From: Candidatus Sumerlaeaceae bacterium
GTDB lineage: Bacteria; Sumerlaeota; Sumerlaeia; Sumerlaeales; Sumerlaeaceae
NCBI GenBank assembly: GCA_051003195.1
Contig: JBPCLP010000024.1
Location: 64,001-128,000, forward strand
Direction: 5' to 3'
Length of the DNA stretch: 64,000 nucleotides
Shown here: positions 20,570-31,162 of the stretch, in pieces
Layout: the number at the start of each line of letters is the position of its first letter
How positions within the stretch are numbered: the first letter of the stretch is position 1
Position numbers and translations under genes: made by a program
The notes under the pieces: generated by a model
Told to the model about the DNA's origin: nothing
Database searches by the model: none
The model's input: the letters and a program-made list of their open reading frames with translations, nothing else

Positions 20570-21766
20570 ATGGCACGTACCCCCGCCCCTATTAAACAGA
20601 TCGCGCCGCATGGCGGCAAGCTGATCGACCGCTGCCTGCAAGGAGCCGATCGCACTGCGGCGATAGAGAAAGCAAAAAGTTTAAAGAAGCTCGTCGTCGA
20701 CGATCGCACCGCGTCCGACATTGAAATCATCGGCGTCGGCGCCGTCAGCCCGCTCACTGGTTTCCAGAATCCCGACGACTATGATCAGGTCGTCAAAGAA
20801 ATGCACCTCACCACCGGCACGCCATGGACAATTCCCGTCACCCTGGGTGTTTCGAAAGACGAAGCAGCTGGTATCAAAGAGGGCGACCAGTTGGCGCTGG
20901 AGGACGGTGACAGCGGAACACTGCTGGCAATCCTGACGGTCGACAGCAAGTACTCGCCTGATAAGAAGCTGGAGGCGGCAAACGTCTACGGTACCGACGA
21001 CGAGAAGCACCCGGGCGTTGCTGCGGTTTACGGTAAAGGTGACGTATACCTGGGTGGCGACATCGACGTGATCAATTTGCCCCCGCACGATGATTTCCTG
21101 CAGTATCGCCTCACACCTGAGCAGAGCCGCGCGGCTTTTCTCGAACGCGGCTGGCGGCGTGTCGTTGCCTTCCAGACCCGCAACCCCATCCATCGCGCGC
21201 ATGAGTACATGCAGAAGGTTGCCATGGAAATAACGGATGGGCTCTTCCTGCATCCGCTCGTCGGAAACACAAAGGGCGACGACGTTCCAGCAGACGTGCG
21301 CATGCGAACCTATGAGACCATCGTCGAGAAATACTACCCGGCTAATCACACATTGATTGGCGTCAATCCCGCCGCCATGCGTTACGCCGGCCCACGCGAA
21401 GCCATCTTCCACGCGCTCATCCGCAAAAACTACGGCTGCACGCATTTCATCGTCGGGCGCGACCACGCCGGCGTTGGAAATTATTACGGCACATTCGACG
21501 CCCACTTCATTTTCGACGAGTTCCAGCCGGGTTCGCTCGATATCACGCCGCTCTTCTTCGACTACACGTTCTACTGCAAAGAGTGTGGCGGAATGGGCAG
21601 CACCAAGAGCTGCCCACACAGCAAGGACCACCACATCACGCTCAGCGGTACCAAGGTCCGCGAGATGCTCGGCAACGGCGAACTGCCTCCACCCGAGTTC
21701 ACGCGCCCGGAAGTCGCGCAGATCCTTATCGAAGCCTACGCAGAGCAGGCAGCGGCGGCGAAGTAG
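20570..21766 (+). CDS. sat: Sulfate adenylyltransferase
   Basis: Motifs PHGGKL, AFQTRNPIHRAHE, MRYAGPREA, VGRDHAGVG, SGTKVREML. Confidence 0.97.
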   Translation: MARTPAPIKQIAPHGGKLIDRCLQGADRTAAIEKAKSLKKLVVDDRTASDIEIIGVGAVSPLTGFQNPDDYDQVVKEMHLTTGTPWTIPVTLGVSKDEAAGIKEGDQLALEDGDSGTLLAILTVDSKYSPDKKLEAANVYGTDDEKHPGVAAVYGKGDVYLGGDIDVINLPPHDDFLQYRLTPEQSRAAFLERGWRRVVAFQTRNPIHRAHEYMQKVAMEITDGLFLHPLVGNTKGDDVPADVRMRTYETIVEKYYPANHTLIGVNPAAMRYAGPREAIFHALIRKNYGCTHFIVGRDHAGVGNYYGTFDAHFIFDEFQPGSLDITPLFFDYTFYCKECGGMGSTKSCPHSKDHHITLSGTKVREMLGNGELPPPEFTRPEVAQILIEAYAEQAAAAK

Positions 21767-21792
21767 GTGTTTGGTGCTTGGTAGAAGTAATG

Positions 21793-21824
21793 GGGCCGGA
21801 CACTCGTGTCCGGCTCTTTTATTT
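21793..21824 (+). terminator. Rho-independent terminator between convergent sat and pyrR
   Basis: GCCGGACA-ctcg-TGTCCGGC hairpin (21795-21814) followed by TCTTTTATTT. Confidence 0.75.
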
Positions 21825-22404
21825 ACGCAAACCCCTGCTCGGTCTGCGGCTCGGTAGGCAGCACACACAGCAACACGCGATCGTCTCCATCTACCTCTTT
21901 CAGCCGCACTTGAACGACGTGGGTGGCATCTGTATCCACCGTCTTGCCGACGTACTCGGCCTGGACGGGATACTCGCGCATTCCTCGGTCGACGATGACA
22001 AGCAGGCGGATGAGCTTGGGCCGCCCAAAGTCGACGATCTCATCCAGCGCCGCGCGCACGGTGCGTCCCGTGAACAGCACGTCGTCGCACAACACGATGA
22101 TCTTATCCGTTACGTCGAATCCAATTTCGGTGCTGCCGACAACGGCCTGCGCACCAAGCGTAGACAGATCGTCGCGGTATAGCGTAATATCGATCTCGCC
22201 GGTCGTCACGTTCTGGTTATGCGCAGATTTCATCTGCTCGGCCAAACGCTCCGCGATGTAGACCCCGCGTGTCTTGATACCAAGCAACACAAGGTCGGGG
22301 TTATTCGGAAAGTCGCGATGCAGATGCGCAGCAAGCACTGCGATGACGCGCTGCAGGTCGTCGGATTCCATCATCACGCGTTGGATTGGAAAGTTCTCAG
22401 CCAA
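21823..22404 (-). CDS. pyrR: Pyrimidine regulatory protein / uracil phosphoribosyltransferase
   Basis: Motifs GIKTRG, DITLYRDDL, DDVLFTGRTVRAALD, VDRG.REYP. Confidence 0.95.
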   Translation of the reverse strand: MAENFPIQRVMMESDDLQRVIAVLAAHLHRDFPNNPDLVLLGIKTRGVYIAERLAEQMKSAHNQNVTTGEIDITLYRDDLSTLGAQAVVGSTEIGFDVTDKIIVLCDDVLFTGRTVRAALDEIVDFGRPKLIRLLVIVDRGMREYPVQAEYVGKTVDTDATHVVQVRLKEVDGDDRVLLCVLPTEPQTEQGFA

Positions 22405-22548
22405 GGTCGGGGTTCTCCTTCAAGTTGGGGCAGCACGTAAGTAAATGGTGCGTTCGGCAAGCGCAAAGCAAAACGGAGTGTCATGGTAATGGGACCCGGG
22501 CCGAAAAAAACACAAAAGGCGCAAAAACGGGTCGCCAGCCGGATCGCG

Positions 22549-23406
22549 TTACGACAGCAGCGGCGTCAGGTGCTTCACCGCAATTTCGAGGCCCTTCTCT
22601 TCCTCGTTGCCGCGATACACCGGATCGTGCCGGCCTTCTATGTCCAGGTTACTGGAGTAGCCAATGTCGTGCAGTGTCTCAATCACTCGAGCCCAGTCTA
22701 CCTGCCCAAGTCCCGGCATGCGGTGACGGGATATCCGCGGATCCTGCCAGCCGCACCGCTGCACCGTCTCAGGCATCAGCTCCGCGTCTTTTGCATGACA
22801 GTGGTAGATGCGTCGACCATACTGCCGAATGACGTGCAGGTAGTCGATTCCCTGCCCGATAAGGTGCGACGGGTCATACTCCAGCCCCAGCGCTTCGCTT
22901 GGGACAGCTTCGAACATCATATCCCACAACTCGGGGGTATAGGCGAAGTTGGTGCCCCTCAGGAACGAATCTGTGAACATCGGGCAATGTTCAATCACCA
23001 CCTTCAGTCCGCGCTCCTCCGCCTTGGCAATCAGTGGCACAAAAACCTTCCGGAACTCGGGAATGTTGTCAGCCGGCGCTTTGTCTGGATCGCGCCCTGC
23101 AAATGTTCCGATAATATTACAGCCCATTAACGGCGCAAAATCGAACAACTGCTCCAGGTGGCGAAGACTGCGTTCACGGGTACTCTTATCGGGCGTCAGG
23201 TTGTTCGTGTATGAACCGATCGCGCTCACCTCCACGCCGATCGCATCGAGGCGTTCGCGCGCACGCTTCCAATCGTCTGGCGTGGCGCCGATCGTCGGGC
23301 TGAGTGGATGGTCGGGGAAGCAGATGAGCTCGCAGCTCTGAAAGGCGAGCCGCTCAAGCATGGCCAGGTCGCCTTCGGTAAAGTTGATCAGCAATCCAAG
23401 TTTCAT
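22549..23406 (-). CDS. Sugar phosphate isomerase/epimerase (AP endonuclease 2 TIM barrel)
   Basis: Motifs IEHCP, YDPSH, HAKD, PGLGQVDW, IEGRHD. ATG 23406 overlaps the GNAT stop. Confidence 0.85.
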   Translation of the reverse strand: MKLGLLINFTEGDLAMLERLAFQSCELICFPDHPLSPTIGATPDDWKRARERLDAIGVEVSAIGSYTNNLTPDKSTRERSLRHLEQLFDFAPLMGCNIIGTFAGRDPDKAPADNIPEFRKVFVPLIAKAEERGLKVVIEHCPMFTDSFLRGTNFAYTPELWDMMFEAVPSEALGLEYDPSHLIGQGIDYLHVIRQYGRRIYHCHAKDAELMPETVQRCGWQDPRISRHRMPGLGQVDWARVIETLHDIGYSSNLDIEGRHDPVYRGNEEEKGLEIAVKHLTPLLS

Positions 23407-24389
23407 GGGGTGGCCACCAGTTCCTTTTTCATGATCGCGAAGCGCCGCGTTAACTTGAATCCAAGCCGCCCATAAACCCCCCTCAGCGCGCGCTCGCCTG
23501 TCCATAGCACCCATGCGCTATGGCAGCCGCGCAGCCGCATCTGGTACATTGTACGCGCCAGCAGTACTGTGCCTATGCCACGGCCCTGGAATTCGTCATT
23601 CACTCCAAAGGGGCCAAAGTGCTCATGCTCGTGCTGGCAGAAGCCTATGATGCGATTGTGCTTTGAATCCACTGCCAGCCAGATGGCGTCCTCGTGGAAG
23701 CGGCCGTTTGCCAGCTCGAGCAAATTGCGACGTGCGTCTTCCACCCATGGACCCGGCATTAGCTCGCGATGGAACTGGATGTAGTCCACGAGGTCTCCAC
23801 GGCGATACGGCCGTATCTCGATGTGCTCGGCCGCAAGCCGCCGCTCTTTTTCGAGGATTTCATCAGAAAGTTCGAACGTGGAAACCAGCGCATCCGCAGC
23901 GATGCCTTCCGAGTACTCGAAAAATCCACGGTTCTGGAGAAACGTAATGCCGTCGCGGTAGCGGTCCTTATCCACTCCCGGCACAAAGTAGTTCGGCGTA
24001 TACGGGGCGAGCAAAACCTGAGTGCGATTGCGCCGAAGGAAGAACTCTTCGACCGCAAATAATAAGGTCGAACCTGCACCTCTTCCACGAAACTCCGGAG
24101 CTACGCCCAATGCCGTAACGAACCCTGTGTCCTCGCGATGCCCCACCTTTTCGACAGGCTTGTTAAGAACAAAGCAAACGGCAAAGCCGGCGATTGCCCC
24201 CTCACCCGATTGAACAAGCAGCAGGCTCTCGCGCTCATAGTTTGCGTCGAGCAGCACCTTGCGCTCCAGATCGGTGACCGTGATGCCGTCCAGCGGCAGC
24301 GCGCGATTCCAGCAGTCCAGTAACGCAGCAGTGTCCGTCCCCTGGAACACGCGAACGGACCAGTGTTCGGAAAGTTCGACAGTAGTCAC
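23403..24389 (-). CDS. Tandem GNAT N-acetyltransferase
   Basis: Two acetyl-CoA motifs (VAPEFRGRGAG, VNDEFQGRGIG) and YGRLGF. Confidence 0.88.
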   Translation of the reverse strand: MTTVELSEHWSVRVFQGTDTAALLDCWNRALPLDGITVTDLERKVLLDANYERESLLLVQSGEGAIAGFAVCFVLNKPVEKVGHREDTGFVTALGVAPEFRGRGAGSTLLFAVEEFFLRRNRTQVLLAPYTPNYFVPGVDKDRYRDGITFLQNRGFFEYSEGIAADALVSTFELSDEILEKERRLAAEHIEIRPYRRGDLVDYIQFHRELMPGPWVEDARRNLLELANGRFHEDAIWLAVDSKHNRIIGFCQHEHEHFGPFGVNDEFQGRGIGTVLLARTMYQMRLRGCHSAWVLWTGERALRGVYGRLGFKLTRRFAIMKKELVATP

Positions 24390-24399
24390 CGCTTGCGGC

Positions 24400-25704
24400 T
24401 TAGAGCTCTGGCCGGGCAGTCGACTTGATGCTGCCGGTGTTCTGGTCGTACTCCCATTTGCCGCCGGAAGGCTCGGTCGTGTTGAAGTCGGTTAAAAACA
24501 CTTCCTTCAAATCGCGCGGATTTCTGCCCAGCTCATCCCGTCGAGTGGATATGGCATTTCGTATCGAGACTAACAGGTCCGCGGTAAACGCGTTCAGTTT
24601 TGGTTCCCTCGCGATTACATCTTCTGGTTTTTCCTTCGGGTTTCCCAGCAGTGCAAGGTTGAGGCTGTAGCTGGTGCCGTATGGTTCCTCTGGAACCCCA
24701 CTGCGCTTAACCAGCGCCTCCTTAAACACCACATCCTGCAACGGCAGGAGCGAGGCTGCCTTCAGGGTTTCCGTTGTGCGAACACTGGGTTTTTGAAGTT
24801 CGAACTGTGGCGGCAGTGCAGTGTCCCGCATCACCAGCAGGGGTATAATTCCGGGGCGCCCCTGGTCGCGAGCGTGCCGCTCCACGGCAGCAATAAGTTT
24901 ACTGATCATTCCGACTTCGTAGTTCTGCAATGCGGGCTGCTTTACGATTTCTGCGATGTTATTTGGCAAGCGGCCCGTCGTACTGGTGAACTGGTCAACC
25001 GCTTGCATCATGATGGACGCGTTCCACTTCTCCACCGTTTCCTTCAACTTGTTGACGGCGATATCCTGAATTGGCAGCTCCCGCGCATCGACTCCCTGGA
25101 GCAACTGTCCGACAAAACGGTCGAAACCAAGGTAGAACGCGCCCGCCTGCACATCAATGTACGCCACGATACGTCCGGCCCAGTCCGGCGCATCTTTCCG
25201 CTTGGAAGCCAGACGCCCATACCACCTCGCACTCTTCTCATCGTTCATTTCCCAGTGCGAGACGTACATGCCTTCGAACGGTATGCGATACTGGCGGTAC
25301 ACGTTGAAGGTGCCCTTGTGCAGAAGCTCGAGGCCCTCCTTCAGCTTGCCCCCTTCGTCGCCGATGACGAGATTTCCAAAAGTATACGCATCGGCGAAAT
25401 ACGGATCCAGTTCCGTAATGGTGTCGAACATGTTGTACATCGGACGCCAGTCGCGGTTGGTCATTCCGCGTCCGCCGAAAGACTGGATGCTGCGGAGCCA
25501 CAGGAAATCCGCGGCAACCAGGTCGTATCGAAGCGCGGCGATGCGCATTGCCGCGCCACTTCGCCCGGCCAACTGCCAGGTCTCATAAAACGGTGGGTTC
25601 GCCAGAACGGCTTTAATGCCCTTGTGCTGATAGAAAACCGAAGCTGAAAACGTACCGGCGAAGGCTAGCACAAGCAACACCGTGGACACGAACGAGCGTT
25701 TCAT
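24400..25704 (-). CDS. Membrane-anchored TPR-like protein with pseudopilin (GspG)-like C-terminal segments
   Basis: N-terminal TM; ADFLWLRSIQ and ITELDPYF motifs; GRLPNNIAEIV / EPYGTSY and GRNPRDLKEV / EPSGGKWEYDQNTG. Confidence 0.6.
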   Translation of the reverse strand: MKRSFVSTVLLVLAFAGTFSASVFYQHKGIKAVLANPPFYETWQLAGRSGAAMRIAALRYDLVAADFLWLRSIQSFGGRGMTNRDWRPMYNMFDTITELDPYFADAYTFGNLVIGDEGGKLKEGLELLHKGTFNVYRQYRIPFEGMYVSHWEMNDEKSARWYGRLASKRKDAPDWAGRIVAYIDVQAGAFYLGFDRFVGQLLQGVDARELPIQDIAVNKLKETVEKWNASIMMQAVDQFTSTTGRLPNNIAEIVKQPALQNYEVGMISKLIAAVERHARDQGRPGIIPLLVMRDTALPPQFELQKPSVRTTETLKAASLLPLQDVVFKEALVKRSGVPEEPYGTSYSLNLALLGNPKEKPEDVIAREPKLNAFTADLLVSIRNAISTRRDELGRNPRDLKEVFLTDFNTTEPSGGKWEYDQNTGSIKSTARPEL

Positions 25705-25712
25705 CTCACAGC

Positions 25713-26690
25713 CTACTTAAAGTTGCGGCGGCGGAATATAACGGACGCCAGGGCAAGCACGGCTGCGGTGTAGCAAATGCCGTAGATTACGGTCTGATAA
25801 TCCATCAGCGGCGGCCCGGTCATCGGTGCTTTGATGTCTGGCGCGCCGTACACCGCTTCGGCCCGGCGGTCGAAATACGCAAGATTCGGAACGATATGAA
25901 CCGAAATGATCGCGAACCAGTACTTAAACTTTTCCGGGCCCATCAAGTTCGCCACGCCGCCAGATTTCTGCGCAAGCTTGTCTGCATAGCGGACGATATC
26001 CTCGCACAAGCTGCCGATTACGAAAGTCAGCGACGTAAACACCGCGCTCAAAGTGGGCGTCGAAAACGTGGAGTAAAAAATCGCGAAGGCTGTGATGATG
26101 GAAAGCCCAAGTGCGCTCATCAAAATTACTTTGAGCAGGCCGGCAGTAATACCTGCGTGCGCGCCATAGCCAAACAGCGTGGCAGCTGCCTTGCCCACGC
26201 TCATGGCAAATGCCTTGAGGTAATAAACCGTGGGTGTCATGAGCTGCTCGTACTTGCCCGGCGAAATTTCGTGGTACATCGCCTTGGACATTACATCGTA
26301 CTGGGTCGCTTCCCGGTAGTACAAAACGGCAAAAAAGAAGAAGCTCATGATAACGACGTTTACGAAAATCGTGAACAGCAGTCCGAAGAACTTCCCGAGC
26401 AGGAACTGGGTTCGATCAATTGGCTTGCTCACGATGGTGTAAATGGTTTTGCGGTCCAGCTCATTGTAGACGAGGTACACGCCGACAAACACGGCGATAA
26501 GAAAACCGAAGAAATCAATCGAGGCGAGGCCAAGGTCCTTGATCAGCTTCTCGGGCGACGCGATGGATAGATCGCTGATAACTGCCGAAAAGCCCATGAT
26601 AAGCAGCGCGAAAATCAGCAGGAAGTATAAGACCTTGTTGCGAACCGCCTCCTTAAAAGTATTAAGCGCGATAGCGACAACTTTACCCAT
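25713..26690 (-). CDS. ABC-2 type permease (PilI-like)
   Basis: Motifs [37 protein letters not shown]-terminal FRRRNFK. Confidence 0.85.
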   Translation of the reverse strand: MGKVVAIALNTFKEAVRNKVLYFLLIFALLIMGFSAVISDLSIASPEKLIKDLGLASIDFFGFLIAVFVGVYLVYNELDRKTIYTIVSKPIDRTQFLLGKFFGLLFTIFVNVVIMSFFFFAVLYYREATQYDVMSKAMYHEISPGKYEQLMTPTVYYLKAFAMSVGKAAATLFGYGAHAGITAGLLKVILMSALGLSIITAFAIFYSTFSTPTLSAVFTSLTFVIGSLCEDIVRYADKLAQKSGGVANLMGPEKFKYWFAIISVHIVPNLAYFDRRAEAVYGAPDIKAPMTGPPLMDYQTVIYGICYTAAVLALASVIFRRRNFK

Positions 26691-26691
26691 G

Positions 26692-27702
26692 TTACGCCAC
26701 CTCCCCAGTGGACGGCGTGGGTTCCGGTTGTACCCGGTGGTCTGGAGTTTTCGATACTTCGCGTATAAAGTATTCCTCCAGAGTTTCGCGTCTCGGCGTC
26801 ATACTCACCAGCCGTGCGCCTTCAGAAAGCGCCCGGCGCACCAGTGCGTCTACATCTTCCTCGCGCTCCATGATAATCAATGTGTCGCCTTCGCGGTCGA
26901 TCACCTTCCTTGTGCTTTGCCGCACGCTTTGCAGCGTTTCAGCGCGCAGGCCGCTCAGCACCACTTCGATGTCTTTCACTTTTGTTCCCAGCAGCTTGTT
27001 CATGTCTCCCTGGGCAACCAGCCGCCCGTGGTTCAGGATGGCCACGCGGTCGCATATCAATTCAGCGTCCGATAGAATGTGCGACGAGAAGAAGACCGTC
27101 TTCCCTGCTTCCTTCAGTGTAAGGATAATGTCGCGCACTTCCTTACGGCCCATCGGGTCAAGTCCGCTCTGCGGTTCGTCCAGTACCACAAGCTTCGGAT
27201 CATTCAACAGGCTCTGAGCCAGGCCGATACGCTGCAGCATCCCCTTCGAGTAACCTTTCAAGGGTAGGTTTGGCGCATGTGCGGGGAGGCCGACTAGCTC
27301 AAAGAGCTGATCAATCCGCTTGCGCCGCGCTGCCTTAGGCATGCCGTACAGCTGTCCGTAATAATCCAGGAATTCTTCACCTTTGAGGTAATCGTAAAAG
27401 TACGGATTCTCGGGAAGAAAACCAATCTGAGATTTCACTATGCGATCGCCAAGATCGCGTCCAAGAATCCGCGCTCTCCCGCTCGAGGCGAAAAGAATCC
27501 CCATAAGGATTTTGATCGTCGTCGATTTTCCGGCACCGTTTGGCCCGAGTAGCCCGAAAATCTCCCCCTCGCTTACGTCGAGGTTCAGCTTTTCAAGGGC
27601 CACCGTTTTGCGGAACCAATTGAAGCGGACGCGGCCGTGCTCCACATCAATAAAGTCGTGGGTGTAGACTTTCGTCAGGTCTCTGGTTTCAATTACAATC
27701 AT
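26692..27702 (-). CDS. ABC transporter ATP-binding protein (PilH-like)
   Basis: Walker [34 protein letters not shown]. Confidence 0.93.
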   Translation of the reverse strand: MIVIETRDLTKVYTHDFIDVEHGRVRFNWFRKTVALEKLNLDVSEGEIFGLLGPNGAGKSTTIKILMGILFASSGRARILGRDLGDRIVKSQIGFLPENPYFYDYLKGEEFLDYYGQLYGMPKAARRKRIDQLFELVGLPAHAPNLPLKGYSKGMLQRIGLAQSLLNDPKLVVLDEPQSGLDPMGRKEVRDIILTLKEAGKTVFFSSHILSDAELICDRVAILNHGRLVAQGDMNKLLGTKVKDIEVVLSGLRAETLQSVRQSTRKVIDREGDTLIIMEREEDVDALVRRALSEGARLVSMTPRRETLEEYFIREVSKTPDHRVQPEPTPSTGEVA

Positions 27703-28073
27703 GGCATTCTTAGGGTTGATAACGTTAGCGAGCGCAGGCAGTGAACGGGTCCCGTCTCAGCCATGTCAAGTGCGCCAGTACCGTAATGCATAGTGTAAAT
27801 GGACCAATCCACCGGCTTGGGCACTACATCATAAGTCACCATTTCTGCATCCTGTTTTGGCGGGTAATTTGTTCTTGCCCGACTAGTTCTCTTGTAGTTA
27901 AGTATCGGGTTAACGATTTCAAGGAAGTACCTGATAGACACACTTCAACCAAATGCCAGGTTCCATAAGTACGCAGAATTCAGTCCGCTTGGAATGGATG
28001 CGCTATAATTGCATTGACCGGTGACTGTATGCCCAGGCCACTCACAGCTTCAATTGTTCGAGGATAGACCATC

Positions 28074-29132
28074 ATGAAAGCATTGGCAATCGCCGTTGTC
28101 GCGGCAGTTGGCTTTAGTTCCATGGCTGCATACGCTGAAGATATCATTATCGAAGCGAGGCCGGAAGGTCAGAACCACGATAAGTACAAAGAGCACTCAG
28201 GCAGATGGCTCGATAGTAATACACCCGCAGCCACGGCGAAGAGCGCTGCCCCGGGCTTGACGCCCCAGGGAACTTGCGGTACAAGGAAGTTTGCGATGGG
28301 GGGCGCGCCGGTCGACTCGAAAACCGTCGTTGCATCGGCCCGTTTCTCTCCTAAACTCGCCAGCGCCGGGCATTATCATGTCTACGTAACGTTTCCAAAG
28401 GCCGCCAATGCCACTCCGGTTAATTACATTGTAAAGAATGCCAGGGGCGAGGAGACAAAATCGCTGGCGCAGGATGGCTGGGGAGGCGTCGGAAATCCCA
28501 ATTCCGGAATTTGGCTCAGCCTGGGCAATTTCGATTTTGCTGCGGGTGATGATCAGTACGTTGAGTTGCAGATAACCGGCGAAGCCGGAGTAGCCAGCCC
28601 GCAGACACCCGGGCAGGCGTTTGCCGATGCCGTTCGGTTTAACAGCGAACCCCTTTCCGACGCGATTCCTGCCCCGAGCGGACCCGCGCCCACTCCCAAA
28701 CCCCTCGACCCGAACGCGACACCTGTTATAGCGGCAGCAGCACCCGCGGCCATGATTCCAGCTGCAGCCGTTCCGACGCCAGTCGAACCAGCAGAAAACA
28801 TTCAGCTTTCCTGGCTGGAGGACATTAAAAGCGCACAAGTTGATGCGGGTAAGTCCGGAAAAAAAATCTTCGTGTTCTTCTACAGCCCGGAGAGTGAGCG
28901 CAGCAATAACTACGACAAAAAGGTCTTCAATAACGCCCGCGTCAAATCCGCACTAAAGGATGGCTACGTCCTCGTGCGCGTTAACATCGACGAGAACCGC
29001 AGCCTCGCCAACAACCTTCAGGTATTCCGGGCCGGTACGATCAATATCTATGACGATAAAGGAAACGGCTTGAACCAATTCACCGAAACCATGGACGCGG
29101 AAGAGCTCGTCACTAAACTGAAGAGCATGTGA
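28074..29132 (+). CDS. Secreted protein: golvesin-like beta domain, Pro/Ala linker, and thioredoxin-like fold without CxxC
   Basis: Signal peptide; GHYHVYVTFP...WLSLGNFDF...ADAVRF; C-terminal AQVDAGKSGKKIFVFFYSPES. Confidence 0.65.
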   Translation: MKALAIAVVAAVGFSSMAAYAEDIIIEARPEGQNHDKYKEHSGRWLDSNTPAATAKSAAPGLTPQGTCGTRKFAMGGAPVDSKTVVASARFSPKLASAGHYHVYVTFPKAANATPVNYIVKNARGEETKSLAQDGWGGVGNPNSGIWLSLGNFDFAAGDDQYVELQITGEAGVASPQTPGQAFADAVRFNSEPLSDAIPAPSGPAPTPKPLDPNATPVIAAAAPAAMIPAAAVPTPVEPAENIQLSWLEDIKSAQVDAGKSGKKIFVFFYSPESERSNNYDKKVFNNARVKSALKDGYVLVRVNIDENRSLANNLQVFRAGTINIYDDKGNGLNQFTETMDAEELVTKLKSM

Positions 29133-29154
29133 GCACAGTAACAGCTAACGCGAT

Positions 29155-31044
29155 TTAGTGCAACTCCCGCCATTCGGCAACAGCTGCCGGGTTCAGGTTT
29201 GCCGAGGGGCCGCCCATTTGTATGTTTTCAATCTGAGCCTCCTGGAGATTATAAGTCATAACACGAATAGCTCCAAAGCGCTGGTCTGAATTCACGACCT
29301 GGTTGGCGCCGGTCCAGTCGAGTACAACCGACAGATCCGGTAGGCGCAGCACCGTGTATTGAAGTGTCGTTCCGTTTGCGGCAGCCACTACACGGAAGCG
29401 GTAAGCGCTGTTAATTCCACCGCCAACGGTCTGGCTTTTGTAAACTGTATCCCAGTCAACCGTCCGGCGCAGTACTACCTTGCTGGCGTTAACGTTGGTC
29501 CCCGCGCTTGAGTAGAAGGTAAGCGAATATCCGCGTCCATCTGTGTCCGTTCGTTCACGAATACGCAGATCTAAATTTGCTTCCACGTTCGCGCCGGTCG
29601 CAATAGGGCTCGCATTGGTAAAAGTGAAATCCATCTGCAGTTTGAAATCTGCAAATTTATAGGTATCTGCGGTCCTTATGCCGGCAATTCCGTTACCGTT
29701 CGGTCCGCCGATGAGTCGCAGGTTACCAGCTCCGGAAAGCGCGACACTGCCTGCAGTGCCCTCGTTTTCGATCTTCCAGTGCGGCAATGGTTGCGCCTGA
29801 TCCGGCGACCCTGACCCTGCAAAATCGTCTTCCCACCACTTGTTGGATGAAGTAATTGACGGTCCGTTGGTGCCGCCCTTTGCAAAATTTGACAGACATA
29901 TGTTTTGAAAGGCGTACCATGGCTGCGTGGTAGGGGTGCCGCCTGCCGTCTTGGAATACAGCAGCGACTGCCGGTTCCAGGTAGCATCTGTGGGGTAAAT
30001 GAACCAGTTCGTCCCGGTGAATTTGTGGCTGGGTTGTCCCGGCCATACCTGGCTGGATCCGGTGTTCCACGAATTCAGCATGCTGTACGCAGTCGTAAGA
30101 AACTGGGCGCCCAGCGGCACATCAGAGGCGTTGGGCATATCGCGATTAAATTCGGTGATGAAGATGGGCCGATCTCCGAGTCCATACTGGTCGATAATCG
30201 TAAGCTGTTGCCGCAGCGTTTCCATGAAGCCGTCTGCCCCATAGTTCCCAGTTGAGGGGTCTGCATACGAGTGAAGCGCAAATCCGTCGATCTTCGTCTT
30301 GTCTGGCACCGCTGAAATCATTCGGATGAGAAACTCATTACTGTCCATGAAACGCAATCCGCCAATGATTCCGCCGGGCGAGGTCGGTTGCATCAGGACA
30401 ATCTGGTTCGCAGGATTTGTCTCCGGCGCGACCTCATGTATTTTGTCGCGGCACGCAACATACTGAGCTGCGTAAAGCTCCGGCAATTGCGCCAGGTCCT
30501 GCGCAGGCCATGCAAGATTATAGTCCGAGCTGGCACTATTCCAGCGGAAATTCTCATCCGTCAAATTCGCTTCGTTCGCCAGCACCCACACGTGGCAGTT
30601 TTTCATCAGGTTCGCAGCGGATTTGCAGTCGCTTGCGTAAGTGGTACTTGTGTACGGGTCTGCCGGAAACCCCAGGCCGCTGTTGCCCGGATATGGCATC
30701 GTCACACCCCACTGCGGCTGCAATCGAAGCACCAGCGAGTGACCTTTGCCGGTGATCTGGCTCATCCATCCAGGCTTTGCATACGCAGTCGTTGTGTCGA
30801 TGGTCGGAGCAGTCACCCAGGGGGTTTCCCACTCATTGCCGCGTGCACGCGTTGCGGTGCCATTTAACAATGCCTGGTCCAGCACCCAGATTCCTTTTCC
30901 GCCTGACATCGCTTCAACATCCGACGCACCGAGGTTCCCGTACCAGTGGATTCCGTAAAGGTAGTTTGAATCCGGTGTTACGCACCAGGAGACCTGGCAG
31001 GTAAGTGCCATGCAAATCGCGCCCGCATACACCCGTAACATCAT
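29155..31044 (-). CDS. Secreted clan GH-A-like glycoside hydrolase with ConA-like C-terminal domain
   Basis: GGAGG RBS before ATG 31044/31041; VLANEAN (acid/base-like), FALHSY, IFITEFN (nucleophile-like); ends AAVAEWRELH. Confidence 0.6.
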   Translation of the reverse strand: MMLRVYAGAICMALTCQVSWCVTPDSNYLYGIHWYGNLGASDVEAMSGGKGIWVLDQALLNGTATRARGNEWETPWVTAPTIDTTTAYAKPGWMSQITGKGHSLVLRLQPQWGVTMPYPGNSGLGFPADPYTSTTYASDCKSAANLMKNCHVWVLANEANLTDENFRWNSASSDYNLAWPAQDLAQLPELYAAQYVACRDKIHEVAPETNPANQIVLMQPTSPGGIIGGLRFMDSNEFLIRMISAVPDKTKIDGFALHSYADPSTGNYGADGFMETLRQQLTIIDQYGLGDRPIFITEFNRDMPNASDVPLGAQFLTTAYSMLNSWNTGSSQVWPGQPSHKFTGTNWFIYPTDATWNRQSLLYSKTAGGTPTTQPWYAFQNICLSNFAKGGTNGPSITSSNKWWEDDFAGSGSPDQAQPLPHWKIENEGTAGSVALSGAGNLRLIGGPNGNGIAGIRTADTYKFADFKLQMDFTFTNASPIATGANVEANLDLRIRERTDTDGRGYSLTFYSSAGTNVNASKVVLRRTVDWDTVYKSQTVGGGINSAYRFRVVAAANGTTLQYTVLRLPDLSVVLDWTGANQVVNSDQRFGAIRVMTYNLQEAQIENIQMGGPSANLNPAAVAEWRELH

Positions 31045-31162
31045 TAAGCCTCCAACTTGCCGTGCAATGCGGCGAACCGGGTTGTCCCGACCCAGTGGCC
31101 AGGGCGCAGTTGCTCCCAACGGGATACTGATAAAAAGAGCTATTTCGCCAGCGACCCTTTAG

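Noticed and set aside
20681..21868. 395-aa minus ORF opposite sat, and similar long antisense ORFs opposite lpdA, the kinase and the ABC genes
   Set aside because: Codon-bias shadows of well-supported genes in GC-rich DNA.
21823..22480. PyrR attenuator or pyr operon
   Set aside because: No pyrB/C/carAB adjacent, and I could not identify a PyrR-binding loop upstream of pyrR or pyrE.
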